DNA of 28,874 bases from Leptolyngbyaceae cyanobacterium. GTDB lineage: Bacteria; Cyanobacteriota; Cyanobacteriia; Phormidesmidales; Phormidesmidaceae. The notes beneath the pieces were generated by a model. The model did not search any database. It worked only from the letters and a program-made list of their open reading frames with translations, and had not been told where the DNA came from. The stretch is from NCBI GenBank assembly GCA_965263355.1, contig CBDHHL010000054.1:1-28874 (forward strand), given 5' to 3'. Shown here in pieces: positions 1 through 8,875 of this stretch (positions are counted from its first letter, which is position 1; each line of letters begins with the position of its first letter). A program made the translations under genes and the position numbers.

Positions 1-17
1 AGACACTCCACGATACT

Positions 18-353
18 ATGGCTAAGTTGGAAACCCAATTCGCTCAGTTAGAACCGGACAGCAAACAGTATATTGCTCCTGAGGGAACAGAAGTGCATGC
101 CTATGCTGTTAAGCGACCTTACGGAACCTATTGGTACAACAAACTGGCGGCCCATATAGCCATGTTTTATCCCCAGGCACAGCAACGACTGGTACGGCAC
201 ATCCATTTGGGTAAAACGGACGATCCACGCCATCGAGAAGCACAGGTGGGAATTGAGCAGCGCAATCAGTTGGTCAAAACTCGGACACAGCTGATGACGG
301 CGGCCAAGGCATTGGAAGAGGCGCTGTCAATCTTACAAAATCCACTTTCCTAA
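18..353 (+). CDS. Hypothetical protein upstream of the recombinase (may begin before the window)
   Basis: 111-aa ORF, co-oriented with and 67 bp upstream of the recombinase; no recognisable domain. Confidence 0.55.
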   Translation: MAKLETQFAQLEPDSKQYIAPEGTEVHAYAVKRPYGTYWYNKLAAHIAMFYPQAQQRLVRHIHLGKTDDPRHREAQVGIEQRNQLVKTRTQLMTAAKALEEALSILQNPLS

Positions 354-420
354 AACTCTGTTCAGTCTCAGGACTAATAGGGATATCTTTGATACTCTTG
401 TACCAGTATTATAGTTATCC

Positions 421-1440
421 ATGGCTAAAACCGATCCACAACCCACATTTATTGATTTCCAAGATGGCAAGCCTAAGGTTAAAGAGCCTATAGCGCCTCA
501 GGTAACTCGTGAGCCGGATTGGGTGGATCGGTTTCTGGAAGATCGGGAGTTAAGACCCAGTACAAAGAAAACCTATACTCGTCAGCTGCGTCAATTTCAG
601 CGGTGGTTAACCGGAAAAGGATGGCCAGATGTTACGGAACAGGATTTAACTCGCTATAAAACTCATCTAAAAACGACGCCTAAGGCCAATTCATTAGACG
701 AGACATTATCTCCAGCTAGTATCAACCAGGCGCTGGCGTCTATTCAGAGTTTCTTTAAGTGGCTGACGGCCAAACGACTCATTCAGTACAATCCGGCCTT
801 GAGCCTTGAGAAGGTGACGGATACGCCGAGTCAGGTGAAGGATTTAGAGGTGTCTATCATCCAAACGTTGGAAGAGGTGCTGCCGTTTCGGGGTGAACGG
901 TACAACCGGGACCGGGCAATATTTGAACTGCTAAAGCATGGGTTGCGGGCGAATGAAGTGGCTGCTCGTAATGTGGGTGACTATGGAAATCAGTCCATCA
1001 CCATTCAAGGGGCTAAGTGGGGCAGTGATGGCATTGTGCCGTTATCGGCTCAGGCTTGCAGGGCATTAGATAGCTACCTGGGGTGGTGTCTAAGCGAAGG
1101 GTTTGATACAAGTGCTGATGCGCCTTTGTTTATTAGCCTTTCTAACCGGAATCGTGGTCGGCGGATGGGCTACAAGGGTGTGTACAACTGCATCAAGGAG
1201 TTGGCTGAGTTAGCGGAACTGGATGAAAAAATTCATCCTCACCAGCTGCGCCATACGTTTGGAACTCAGCTGATTTTGGAAGGCATGAATCCTGAATTTG
1301 TGCGCAGGCTAATGCGGATTAAGTCTATAGGGGTATTTGGGCGGTACACCAAACGAGCATTGGAATTAAAGGCGAAAGAAAGTTTCTATGACACGTTACA
1401 GGCATCCGAGTCGGGGCTGTTTGGATCAGTGTCGGAATAG
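421..1440 (+). CDS. Tyrosine recombinase (XerC/D-like), probable plasmid resolvase
   Basis: N-terminal SAM-like region (LRPSTKKTY, SPASINQALASIQSFFKWL); catalytic GLRANE, HPHQLRHTF and C-terminal RYT tyrosine. Confidence 0.92.
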   Translation: MAKTDPQPTFIDFQDGKPKVKEPIAPQVTREPDWVDRFLEDRELRPSTKKTYTRQLRQFQRWLTGKGWPDVTEQDLTRYKTHLKTTPKANSLDETLSPASINQALASIQSFFKWLTAKRLIQYNPALSLEKVTDTPSQVKDLEVSIIQTLEEVLPFRGERYNRDRAIFELLKHGLRANEVAARNVGDYGNQSITIQGAKWGSDGIVPLSAQACRALDSYLGWCLSEGFDTSADAPLFISLSNRNRGRRMGYKGVYNCIKELAELAELDEKIHPHQLRHTFGTQLILEGMNPEFVRRLMRIKSIGVFGRYTKRALELKAKESFYDTLQASESGLFGSVSE

Positions 1441-1472
1441 CGATCTCATCCAACAACATCCACAGGCTCAAA

Positions 1473-2516
1473 TTAATCTAGCTCAGCCAGTAACTCTCGT
1501 AGCGCTTCATCAATCCGATTAATGCGCACCTGCATTTTGCGAGTTACCTGACTATCCTTGCCCGATAGTTTCTTACTCACTTTGGAATAGAGCTTTTGAA
1601 CAGTATCAAATGTAGGTTGCTCACTGATTCCATTTTTGTCTGTATCAGCTGTCTTCCCCTGAGTCTTTAATTCAACAATTCGTTTCCGCAGCTGCTCTTT
1701 TGTCAAAGAATTTTGCAGAACTTCATCTACTAGCTGATGCTGTAAATCTGATTGGGTACGGGCAACCAATAACGCCTTAGAAGGATCTAACTTTCCTTCA
1801 CGTACGTTATCCATAATGAACTGAGGCAAATCGAGCAGCGGCAGACGATTGGACACAAAGCTGGCTAACGAAATGCCAAATTCACCCAGGATTGCTTCCA
1901 CATCCTTGAGGGTATCGATGTTGATTATTCCGGAATAATCATTTTTTCTGGCCTGGGCATTGCGCACTTTTGTTAGTAGAGAAGGCACCCCATCAGCTGT
2001 CAATTCTGTACGCAAACTGATTAGCCCAATCAAGCTATCGGTTTCTTCTACGGCGGTGATATTTTCACTGAGCAGATGAGCAATGAGGGCAATCTCCAGG
2101 GCCTCTTCATCGGTCATTTCCTTGACCACGCCAGGAATTTCGGTATGGTTCAACGCACAGGCACTACGCCAGCGTCGCTCTCCAGAGACAATCTCTAAAT
2201 GACCATCACTAGCAGGCCGGGTCAAAATTGGTTCGCAGACACCGTGTTTATCGATGGACGCTTTTAGACGCTCCATCGCATTGGGATCAAAATATTTCCG
2301 TGGCTGCTTCATGCCATCGGGCAACCGCAGCGGCAAGATTTTATCGACGGGTAATAGGGCAGAGGTTTCTTTGGGCTGAGATTGAATGCGATTTAGCTCT
2401 GACTTGAGTTGAGCGATCTCATGGGAGGGTTCGGTTTGAGACGGACGCTCAGCGGATCCAAAGACAAACTCATTGGCTAATGAACTATCTAATGTTTGGC
2501 GGCTTTTACGGGTCAT
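1473..2516 (-). CDS. parB: ParB/Spo0J-family partition protein
   Basis: QPRKYFD, SIDKHGVCEPILTR, IVSGERRWRSA (ParB CTP-binding motif); lies directly downstream of parA. Confidence 0.93.
   Translation of the reverse strand: MTRKSRQTLDSSLANEFVFGSAERPSQTEPSHEIAQLKSELNRIQSQPKETSALLPVDKILPLRLPDGMKQPRKYFDPNAMERLKASIDKHGVCEPILTRPASDGHLEIVSGERRWRSACALNHTEIPGVVKEMTDEEALEIALIAHLLSENITAVEETDSLIGLISLRTELTADGVPSLLTKVRNAQARKNDYSGIINIDTLKDVEAILGEFGISLASFVSNRLPLLDLPQFIMDNVREGKLDPSKALLVARTQSDLQHQLVDEVLQNSLTKEQLRKRIVELKTQGKTADTDKNGISEQPTFDTVQKLYSKVSKKLSGKDSQVTRKMQVRINRIDEALRELLAELD
1922..1941. promoter_or_regulatory. Perfect 20-bp palindrome TGATTATTCCGGAATAATCA inside parB; candidate parS
   Basis: Perfect inverted repeat; near-identical copies at 3456-3475 and 3480-3499. 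Confidence 0.6.
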
Positions 2517-2519
2517 AAC

Positions 2520-3158
2520 TTACATAACCTCCATTAGCTCTTTGAATAGTCGATCAAATTCTCTGGCAGATTCAGTGGCAGCTCTGCCGGACAAGTTCCA
2601 TACAGTTCCTTGTTGACCAAAGGTATCAGCTACACACTGTTTTTGGTGGATAACTGTCTTAAGGATCGGGATATTGGACTTTGATAACAGGGCCATCGCC
2701 TCATCTTTTAGGCGGGTTCCTTTGACTGCCCGAGCGAGAAATAGTGCAGCATTTGGAGGGCCATTACGAACGGACTGGGCTTGTCTGACCAGCTTGACGG
2801 CATCGGCTGCACTGCGCAGATCTACACCGGTTGGTTGACAGGGGATCACAGACACATCGGTTCTGAACAGAATGGCCCGTGTGACTTCAGACAAACCGGC
2901 TGGCCCGTCAACAATGGTGAAGTCATACTGGCTGGCGATATCAGGCAGCTGATCAATCACTTCGTCAGCAGACTGCAAGACGACAACATCGATATCGGCA
3001 TCCTCCAAACATTCAATCCAGATAGAGCTGGATCGCTGAGCATCTGAATCAACTAAACAGACGGTGTGACCTTTTTGACGTAACCAATAGGCAAAGTGGA
3101 CGGATGTGGTGGATTTGGAGCAACCACCTTTTTGATTAGTGAATGAGATAACTGTCAT
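2520..3158 (-). CDS. parA: ParA-family ATPase (short form, 212 aa)
   Basis: Deviant Walker A NQKGGCSKST, VDSDAQRS, Walker B IVDGPA. Confidence 0.95.
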   Translation of the reverse strand: MTVISFTNQKGGCSKSTTSVHFAYWLRQKGHTVCLVDSDAQRSSSIWIECLEDADIDVVVLQSADEVIDQLPDIASQYDFTIVDGPAGLSEVTRAILFRTDVSVIPCQPTGVDLRSAADAVKLVRQAQSVRNGPPNAALFLARAVKGTRLKDEAMALLSKSNIPILKTVIHQKQCVADTFGQQGTVWNLSGRAATESAREFDRLFKELMEVM

Positions 3159-3455
3159 GGTTTTATGGAGTAGCTGTAGTTAAGGGCTATAGGACATCGC
3201 TGGAGTCCTAACCGTAAACACTGACAACAAACGACTAAATTCTGTTAGATTCTGAGACTTCGACAAAAATCTGGAAATACTGGGAGTAAGGCGATCCCAA
3301 CTACGATGAACAATTCTGCTGAGTAACAAGTTGCTGATTTTTGTAATGGCTCCGTCTGCTCGTATGCTGGGCAATAAAAGTTTCAACAGACAAAACGATT
3401 CTAAATTCAACGACTAATTTTCCAAGTCTTTGGAAGAGCGTTTTAGCTTGAGATT

Positions 3456-3499
3456 TGATTATTCTGAAATAACCATGATTGATTATTCCAGAATAATCA
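3456..3499. promoter_or_regulatory. Two tandem 20-bp palindromes upstream of parA; candidate parS or operator
   Basis: TGATTATTCTGAAATAACCA (3456-3475) and TGATTATTCCAGAATAATCA (3480-3499), matching the copy within parB. Confidence 0.6.
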
Positions 3500-4128
3500 C
3501 CATTGTCAACATCAAATTATCAAATTTGAATTACTTGTCATTTAATGTGTTTTCAGAGGAACGCTTGAACACTAAGGGTTATGACTTGAAAAGTAAGCTA
3601 CGAGAAGTGAGAAAGCAGATCAAGTGAACTAGGATCATAAGTACTATCCTACACTGCTTTTTCAAAAAAATTATATGGACCTGCGGGGACACTCACGCAA
3701 AAACCTACTGTTTTAAAGTTCGTGAATAATTTTGAGTTATGTCAGATGAAGTAACTGACACACTAGGGTACAGGTATCTCAATTAAGGGGAGATGGTAGT
3801 GATAATTCACACATCATGGAAGCGTTCGAGGAGATATATGGCGCTCTCAAGGAGTCATGACCTATTTATCTTGGATTGCCCAGCAGCCTAAATACATCTA
3901 CAACTCTCCATACACATATTCAATTACAGCCGTATTTAGCCATCTGAACCGTTTGAACATGTGTTGTGAAAAACTTTAAGGCTCTATATGGGTTTCTAGG
4001 AGGTCTGAATTAAGAAACGCTTGAAACTCTTATCATGCTAGTCTTTTAGCCTAGGAGGCGCAGGGCCTCTGAAACATGCTTTGGGTAAGGCTTACAGGTC
4101 ATTGCATTAGTCAACCTCCCTGAAACAG

Positions 4129-4407
4129 CTATTGAGCCAACTTTAAATTAATAGGTAACGTATCCACTAAGTCGGCTGACCAGATATTGTCGTAGGGAAT
4201 ATTGCCTCGCTGGTACGCAGCTCGAACGGTATCAGCATCAGCGGCTTCCAAGTGACAGACAGTTCGCTTACGATCGCGGGATAAATAGGTACGCCGCCAG
4301 GTAATATTACGTTCTGAAAAACAAGGGAGTGATCTCTCTTCTAATTGATCCCAAAGAGCCTGGTCGATGGGTGGATCGTAACTGGCTTCCACAACAATTA
4401 GGGCCAT
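4129..4407 (-). CDS. DUF4242-like small protein (SCO4226-type)
   Basis: 92 aa with W-x-RTYLS-x-D-x-KRTVC-x-x-EA-x-DA-x-x-VR pattern; lies downstream of the BTAD regulator. Confidence 0.7.
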   Translation of the reverse strand: MALIVVEASYDPPIDQALWDQLEERSLPCFSERNITWRRTYLSRDRKRTVCHLEAADADTVRAAYQRGNIPYDNIWSADLVDTLPINLKLAQ

Positions 4408-4470
4408 GTCTGCATTGGATTAAAATCAGTTTCAAAATTTTAGGATGAATACTGCGGATTAGAAGCAAGC

Positions 4471-7400
4471 TTAAGGGATTTTTGCGATTGACTGTTCGAC
4501 GGCATGCTGGGCCTGATGGCTTAACGATTGAGCACGGGCGCTCAGGGACTTATAATCGCCGATTGTCTTCTTTAGGAGTTTGTAGAATTCCTGTTTTTGC
4601 TCTTGTATTGAAGCACTTAGAACAAGCAAGGCTTTTGCAACTGCTACATCGTTGGGATGGTCTACTTGTTGGGCAGCTTGGTTTGAGATCGCAGCATACC
4701 GTTGGGCTGCACCACGCTCACCATGGGCCAGGGCAAGTTCACTAGCGTGACTAGTAACAAAAACAAGTTTGCGCTGGGCATCTAGCTGCTGAAGCTGCTG
4801 GATAGTCTGCTCGAGCAGCACATTTGCATTGGCATCGTCCGCATAGGTATGAAGTGCAATTAGGGCTTCTGCGAACGTGCCCTCACTGCCAGCGGGTAGC
4901 TGACCAGAAAGCTCTAACAAAGCTTGAGCATCGCTCACGTTTGGCTGATGCTGGTCCCAGCCAGTCATCACCAACTGAAGCAGCGCATAACTCTGAGGCA
5001 TAAATTCCTGGCGACTGCGGTTGATCTGTAGGGACTTTTGTAAATAAATCCGCGCTTGCCCATAGTTACCGCGATGACGTTCAACACCGCCTAATCCTGT
5101 AGCGATGTCAGCAAGAACCAAGCCTAATCGATCAGCTAATGTCTGAGCTTCGAGCAAGATTGCTTCAGCTCGCTTCATATCACGCTCGATTTCAGCCAGA
5201 CAGCATCCAGTTGCGGCCAGACTCTTAGCTTGAAACTGTGGACTTGGGGGTAAATCCTCTAAAGCTTTGAGGGTTTGAGCCTGCACGGTTTTGAGATGTC
5301 CCCGCTCATAGTTAAAGATATTTAGCGTGTCCTCAGCGATGACTTGAGCTTCGGACATTGAAAGGTTGATGGCATCTGTCAATAGCTGCTGTAGTTGCAC
5401 TTCTAGACTGGCCACTTCATCAGGAGCAACACCGGCAAATGCTCTAGCCCTTAGTAACTGGGCTGACAACAACAAACGATCCGAACTGGGCAGATGGTTG
5501 CAATGCACCAGTCCCTGATTTACAAGGCGAATCACATCTTCATAGGCAAATAAACGTAGACTGCGGGCGGCGGCGGCTGTACTGGATCGTGCGGCCAGAC
5601 CATGGTTGCCGGACAGTCCCGCATGATAGGCAACTTGACTAGCCAGATCGTCATCAATGGTTTGAGTTTCTAACGTTTTGGCCAGCTGGCCGTGAATCAA
5701 TCGTCGGCGCGGTTGAGATAGTTGACCGTAGGCGGCCTGCCGAACCAAATCATGGACAAAGTCATAGTTTCCCTGGTCTTCGATAGATTGCTCTGGTGTC
5801 GGACGCACAATTTGCTGTTGTTCCAACTGCTCCATAGCAGTTAAAAATTGCATGGGAGGGTAGCTCGCAGCTAGAGCCAGGGTTTCTGGATTAAAGTGAC
5901 GCCCGAGAGCTGCAGCCCAAGGTAATAGATCTCGCGCTGCACCATCTAATCGCTGTAGGCGATCCTCAATTAACCCAGTCAAATCGTTGGCAGCATCTAA
6001 TGTGCTGGAACGGACAACTTCCAGGGCAAATAAGGGATTGCCACCACTGTCGATATATATATCTTGTAGTTGCGATGGGCTGGCTGACTGTTGTCCCAAT
6101 ATCGGCTGTACCAACAACTCGATAGCGTCAGGAGAGAGTGGGGGAACCGGAACTTCTTGCAAACGATTGGCTCGCCGCAACGACTTGACCAGAGTATGGG
6201 CTGCGGTGTTGTCTTGGAGTTCAGGCAGCCGAGCAGAGCAAGCAATTCGCAACGCTCCCTGACCGAGTAAACGAAACACGTAGTGCAGCAGGTTTGCGGA
6301 GGCTTCGTCTAACCAGTGGATATCGTCAAAGATTAGCAGTAGAGGCTTTTCAGTACTGGCGACTTTACTCAGCGTCTGGACAACGGCATCAAGTAACTGG
6401 CTACGATCGCGAGGCTGTTGTTGAACGGTAAAGAATTCATTTAGAGTCGGAAATTCTTCAGGGGGAAACGACGCCCGCAACAGATCGATCCACACCCCAT
6501 AGGACCGCAGCTGCTCAGCCCCAAATGCACGTCCCCAAGAGGGTTGCCAGTGATGCTCCAGGGCAGAATCCGCTAACGCTTCTAGCAAGCAAGTTTTACC
6601 AATGCCCGGTTCACCCGTTAACAGTAGTACCGACTCAGGAGTGGCTAGCAACCACTGTTCAAGGATTTCCAGCAGGTCTTCTCGACCAACAACGGCGGAC
6701 TTAGGTTGCAAAGATAATGCAACTGGCGGCGGCGCTTGATCTTTGGATGGCTCATCTATGGCATCCTCAGCCATTAATAGCCGTTGATAGATCTCAGCTG
6801 TTGCCGGGCTGGGATTCACCCCTAGCTCCTCTTGGAGTGTGGTCATGCACTGGTGATAAAGCTGCAGAGCTGTTGCCCGATCGCCACTTTCGCCATGCAA
6901 TGTCATCAGAGTTTGATAGCTGTTCTCATCCAACGGAGCAGCCTGCAGCCACTGCTGTCCGGTTGAGATCGCACGTGAGGTTTCCCCCAGCCCTTGCAGC
7001 AGCTGAGTGATTTGGGTTAAAGCGCCTACGTACTGCTGTCTAAGCCGTTCCTGTTCAGCATAAATCCACTCGGCGTCGCAGTCAGGCCAGAGATCGTCCT
7101 GATAGGCATTCAGTGCTATTTCTAAAGCGTTAACAGCCGCAGTACCTGCTTGATTTTTGGCCCTTTCAAGGGCATCTTCGAACACTTCGACATCTACTTC
7201 ACAGGGACGTTGCGGCTGCCACTGCAGAGTTTGCTTTGTAACTGTGAGCAGCTGCTCAATAACGGGATAATTGTGACGCAAATGATGCAGCTCTTTACGC
7301 AGATTCGTACGAGCCTGGCCTTCAGCAATATCGGGCCAGAATTGGCCAGCAATGTGACGACGGGCTTGGGGAGCCTGACGATGCAAAATTAGATAGGCGA

Positions 7401-7500
7401 TTAGCTGCTGCGATCTCAGCCGCATTCCTGTCGCCATCGTCCCGTCCACCATCAGACGAAAATTACCAAGGAGTGCGATCTGTAGGGTCGGTACTGTCAT
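4471..7500 (-). CDS. SARP/BTAD + STAND (AAA_16-like) ATPase + TPR transcriptional regulator
   Basis: N-terminal wHTH (LLGNFRL, RTNLRKELHHLR), BTAD (PLDENSYQTLM, LQEELGVNPS), Walker A GEPGIGKT, Walker B LIFDDIHW, GGNPLF, FVHDLVR; ATG at 7500. Confidence 0.9.
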   Translation of the reverse strand: MTVPTLQIALLGNFRLMVDGTMATGMRLRSQQLIAYLILHRQAPQARRHIAGQFWPDIAEGQARTNLRKELHHLRHNYPVIEQLLTVTKQTLQWQPQRPCEVDVEVFEDALERAKNQAGTAAVNALEIALNAYQDDLWPDCDAEWIYAEQERLRQQYVGALTQITQLLQGLGETSRAISTGQQWLQAAPLDENSYQTLMTLHGESGDRATALQLYHQCMTTLQEELGVNPSPATAEIYQRLLMAEDAIDEPSKDQAPPPVALSLQPKSAVVGREDLLEILEQWLLATPESVLLLTGEPGIGKTCLLEALADSALEHHWQPSWGRAFGAEQLRSYGVWIDLLRASFPPEEFPTLNEFFTVQQQPRDRSQLLDAVVQTLSKVASTEKPLLLIFDDIHWLDEASANLLHYVFRLLGQGALRIACSARLPELQDNTAAHTLVKSLRRANRLQEVPVPPLSPDAIELLVQPILGQQSASPSQLQDIYIDSGGNPLFALEVVRSSTLDAANDLTGLIEDRLQRLDGAARDLLPWAAALGRHFNPETLALAASYPPMQFLTAMEQLEQQQIVRPTPEQSIEDQGNYDFVHDLVRQAAYGQLSQPRRRLIHGQLAKTLETQTIDDDLASQVAYHAGLSGNHGLAARSSTAAAARSLRLFAYEDVIRLVNQGLVHCNHLPSSDRLLLSAQLLRARAFAGVAPDEVASLEVQLQQLLTDAINLSMSEAQVIAEDTLNIFNYERGHLKTVQAQTLKALEDLPPSPQFQAKSLAATGCCLAEIERDMKRAEAILLEAQTLADRLGLVLADIATGLGGVERHRGNYGQARIYLQKSLQINRSRQEFMPQSYALLQLVMTGWDQHQPNVSDAQALLELSGQLPAGSEGTFAEALIALHTYADDANANVLLEQTIQQLQQLDAQRKLVFVTSHASELALAHGERGAAQRYAAISNQAAQQVDHPNDVAVAKALLVLSASIQEQKQEFYKLLKKTIGDYKSLSARAQSLSHQAQHAVEQSIAKIP

Positions 7501-7614
7501 CAATACCTGCTTCTCCGTGGAATGATTCGCTTAGGGAACGCTGGAGCAACGAACGGGCAACTACCGTCTTTCTACTGTTGAATCATACCAATCCAAAGGA
7601 ACTTGGAGGTTATG

Positions 7615-8736
7615 ATGACAACCCTAAATAGCTTAATAGAATCTGAAACTCAATCGACCGACCTGGTACAAACCGATGACCAACTGCAAGAACAGTCAGC
7701 CGCGTTTGTCAATCGTCTACTCGATATCCTTAACAGTGGCGCACTGGCTAGCATGCTATCCATTGGCCATCGGACAGGTCTTCTGGATACGATGGCCACT
7801 TTACCAGCGGCCACAAGCCATGAAATTGCTGAGGCTGCTGGTCTCAACGAACGCTATGTGCGGGAATGGTTGGGGGCGATGGTGACCGGACGCATTATGA
7901 CCTATGACAGTGCAGACCAAACCTACCACCTGCCAACGCCCCATGCGGCTTTCTTGATCCGCAGCGCTAGTCCTCACAATATGGCTACCACCATGCAATT
8001 TATTCCCTTAGTGGGTGCCGTAGAAGACGCTATTGTGGATTGTTTTTATCATGGCGGTGGTGTGCCCTACTCGGCCTATCACCACTTTCATCGAGTGATG
8101 GCAGAAGACAGCGTTCAAACCATTGTGGCTGCCTTAGAAGGACGCATTTTACCCCTGGTTTCTGGCCTAACAGAACGTTTGGCAGCAGGTATCACGGTTG
8201 CCGATATCGGCTGTGGTCGCGGGCAGGCGATACATGCCCTGGCCAAACTGTTTCCCAAGAGTCAATTTGTGGGTTATGACCTATCCACTGAAGTCATTAA
8301 TTGGGCTATCGCTGAGGCTCAACGACAAGGTATTTCAAATGTGACATTTAAGTGCCAGGATGCGGCTCAAATTGAAGCCGTCAACCAGTATGACCTGATT
8401 CTCTCTTTTGACGCTATCCACGACCAGGCCCAGCCCGAGCAGGTTTTGCAAAATATCTATCAAGCCTTGCGAGCAGACGGCCTGTATCTAATGCAGGAAC
8501 TACAGGCGTCAAGTCAACTAGAGAACAACTTAGACCACCCCATTGGTCCACTGCTTTACACCATTTCATGCAATCACTGTACAGCGGTTTCCCTGGCAGC
8601 GGGTGGCCCTGGTCTTGGCACCATGTGGGGTGAAGAGTTAGCGGTAGAAATGCTTCAGACAGCAGGCTTTAGCCACATCAATGTGAAACATCTGGAGCAC
8701 GATTTCCAGAATAGCTATTTCCTGGCTTACAAATAA
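7615..8736 (+). CDS. Class I SAM-dependent methyltransferase with N-terminal wHTH (Rv2258c-like)
   Basis: GLNERYVREWL, VADIGCGRG, FDAIHD; GGAGG RBS at 7605-7609 favours ATG 7615. Confidence 0.9.
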   Translation: MTTLNSLIESETQSTDLVQTDDQLQEQSAAFVNRLLDILNSGALASMLSIGHRTGLLDTMATLPAATSHEIAEAAGLNERYVREWLGAMVTGRIMTYDSADQTYHLPTPHAAFLIRSASPHNMATTMQFIPLVGAVEDAIVDCFYHGGGVPYSAYHHFHRVMAEDSVQTIVAALEGRILPLVSGLTERLAAGITVADIGCGRGQAIHALAKLFPKSQFVGYDLSTEVINWAIAEAQRQGISNVTFKCQDAAQIEAVNQYDLILSFDAIHDQAQPEQVLQNIYQALRADGLYLMQELQASSQLENNLDHPIGPLLYTISCNHCTAVSLAAGGPGLGTMWGEELAVEMLQTAGFSHINVKHLEHDFQNSYFLAYK

Positions 8737-8875
8737 CGCCTGCCGCAAAAAGTTTGAATTCCTGAATTCGTCCCGTTCACAGCGGTTGCGATCGCTGATG
8801 GAAACGATTGTCTAAATTTTCCCCGTGTTTATTCCCATTATCCGTTCATTTACCCGACATAAAGGAGAAACAATC

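Noticed and set aside
421..1440. Prophage or integron integrase
   Set aside because: No phage genes, attC-like cassettes or IntI-specific insertion seen; the position next to parAB fits a plasmid resolvase.
3180..3627. Short ORFs upstream of parA (3180-3410, 3430-3627)
   Set aside because: TTG starts and no recognisable domain; the DYSxI repeat in the second ORF is just the translated palindromes.
3630..4120. ncRNA or CRISPR leader in the intergenic region
   Set aside because: AT-rich with no convincing stem, repeat or adjacent array.
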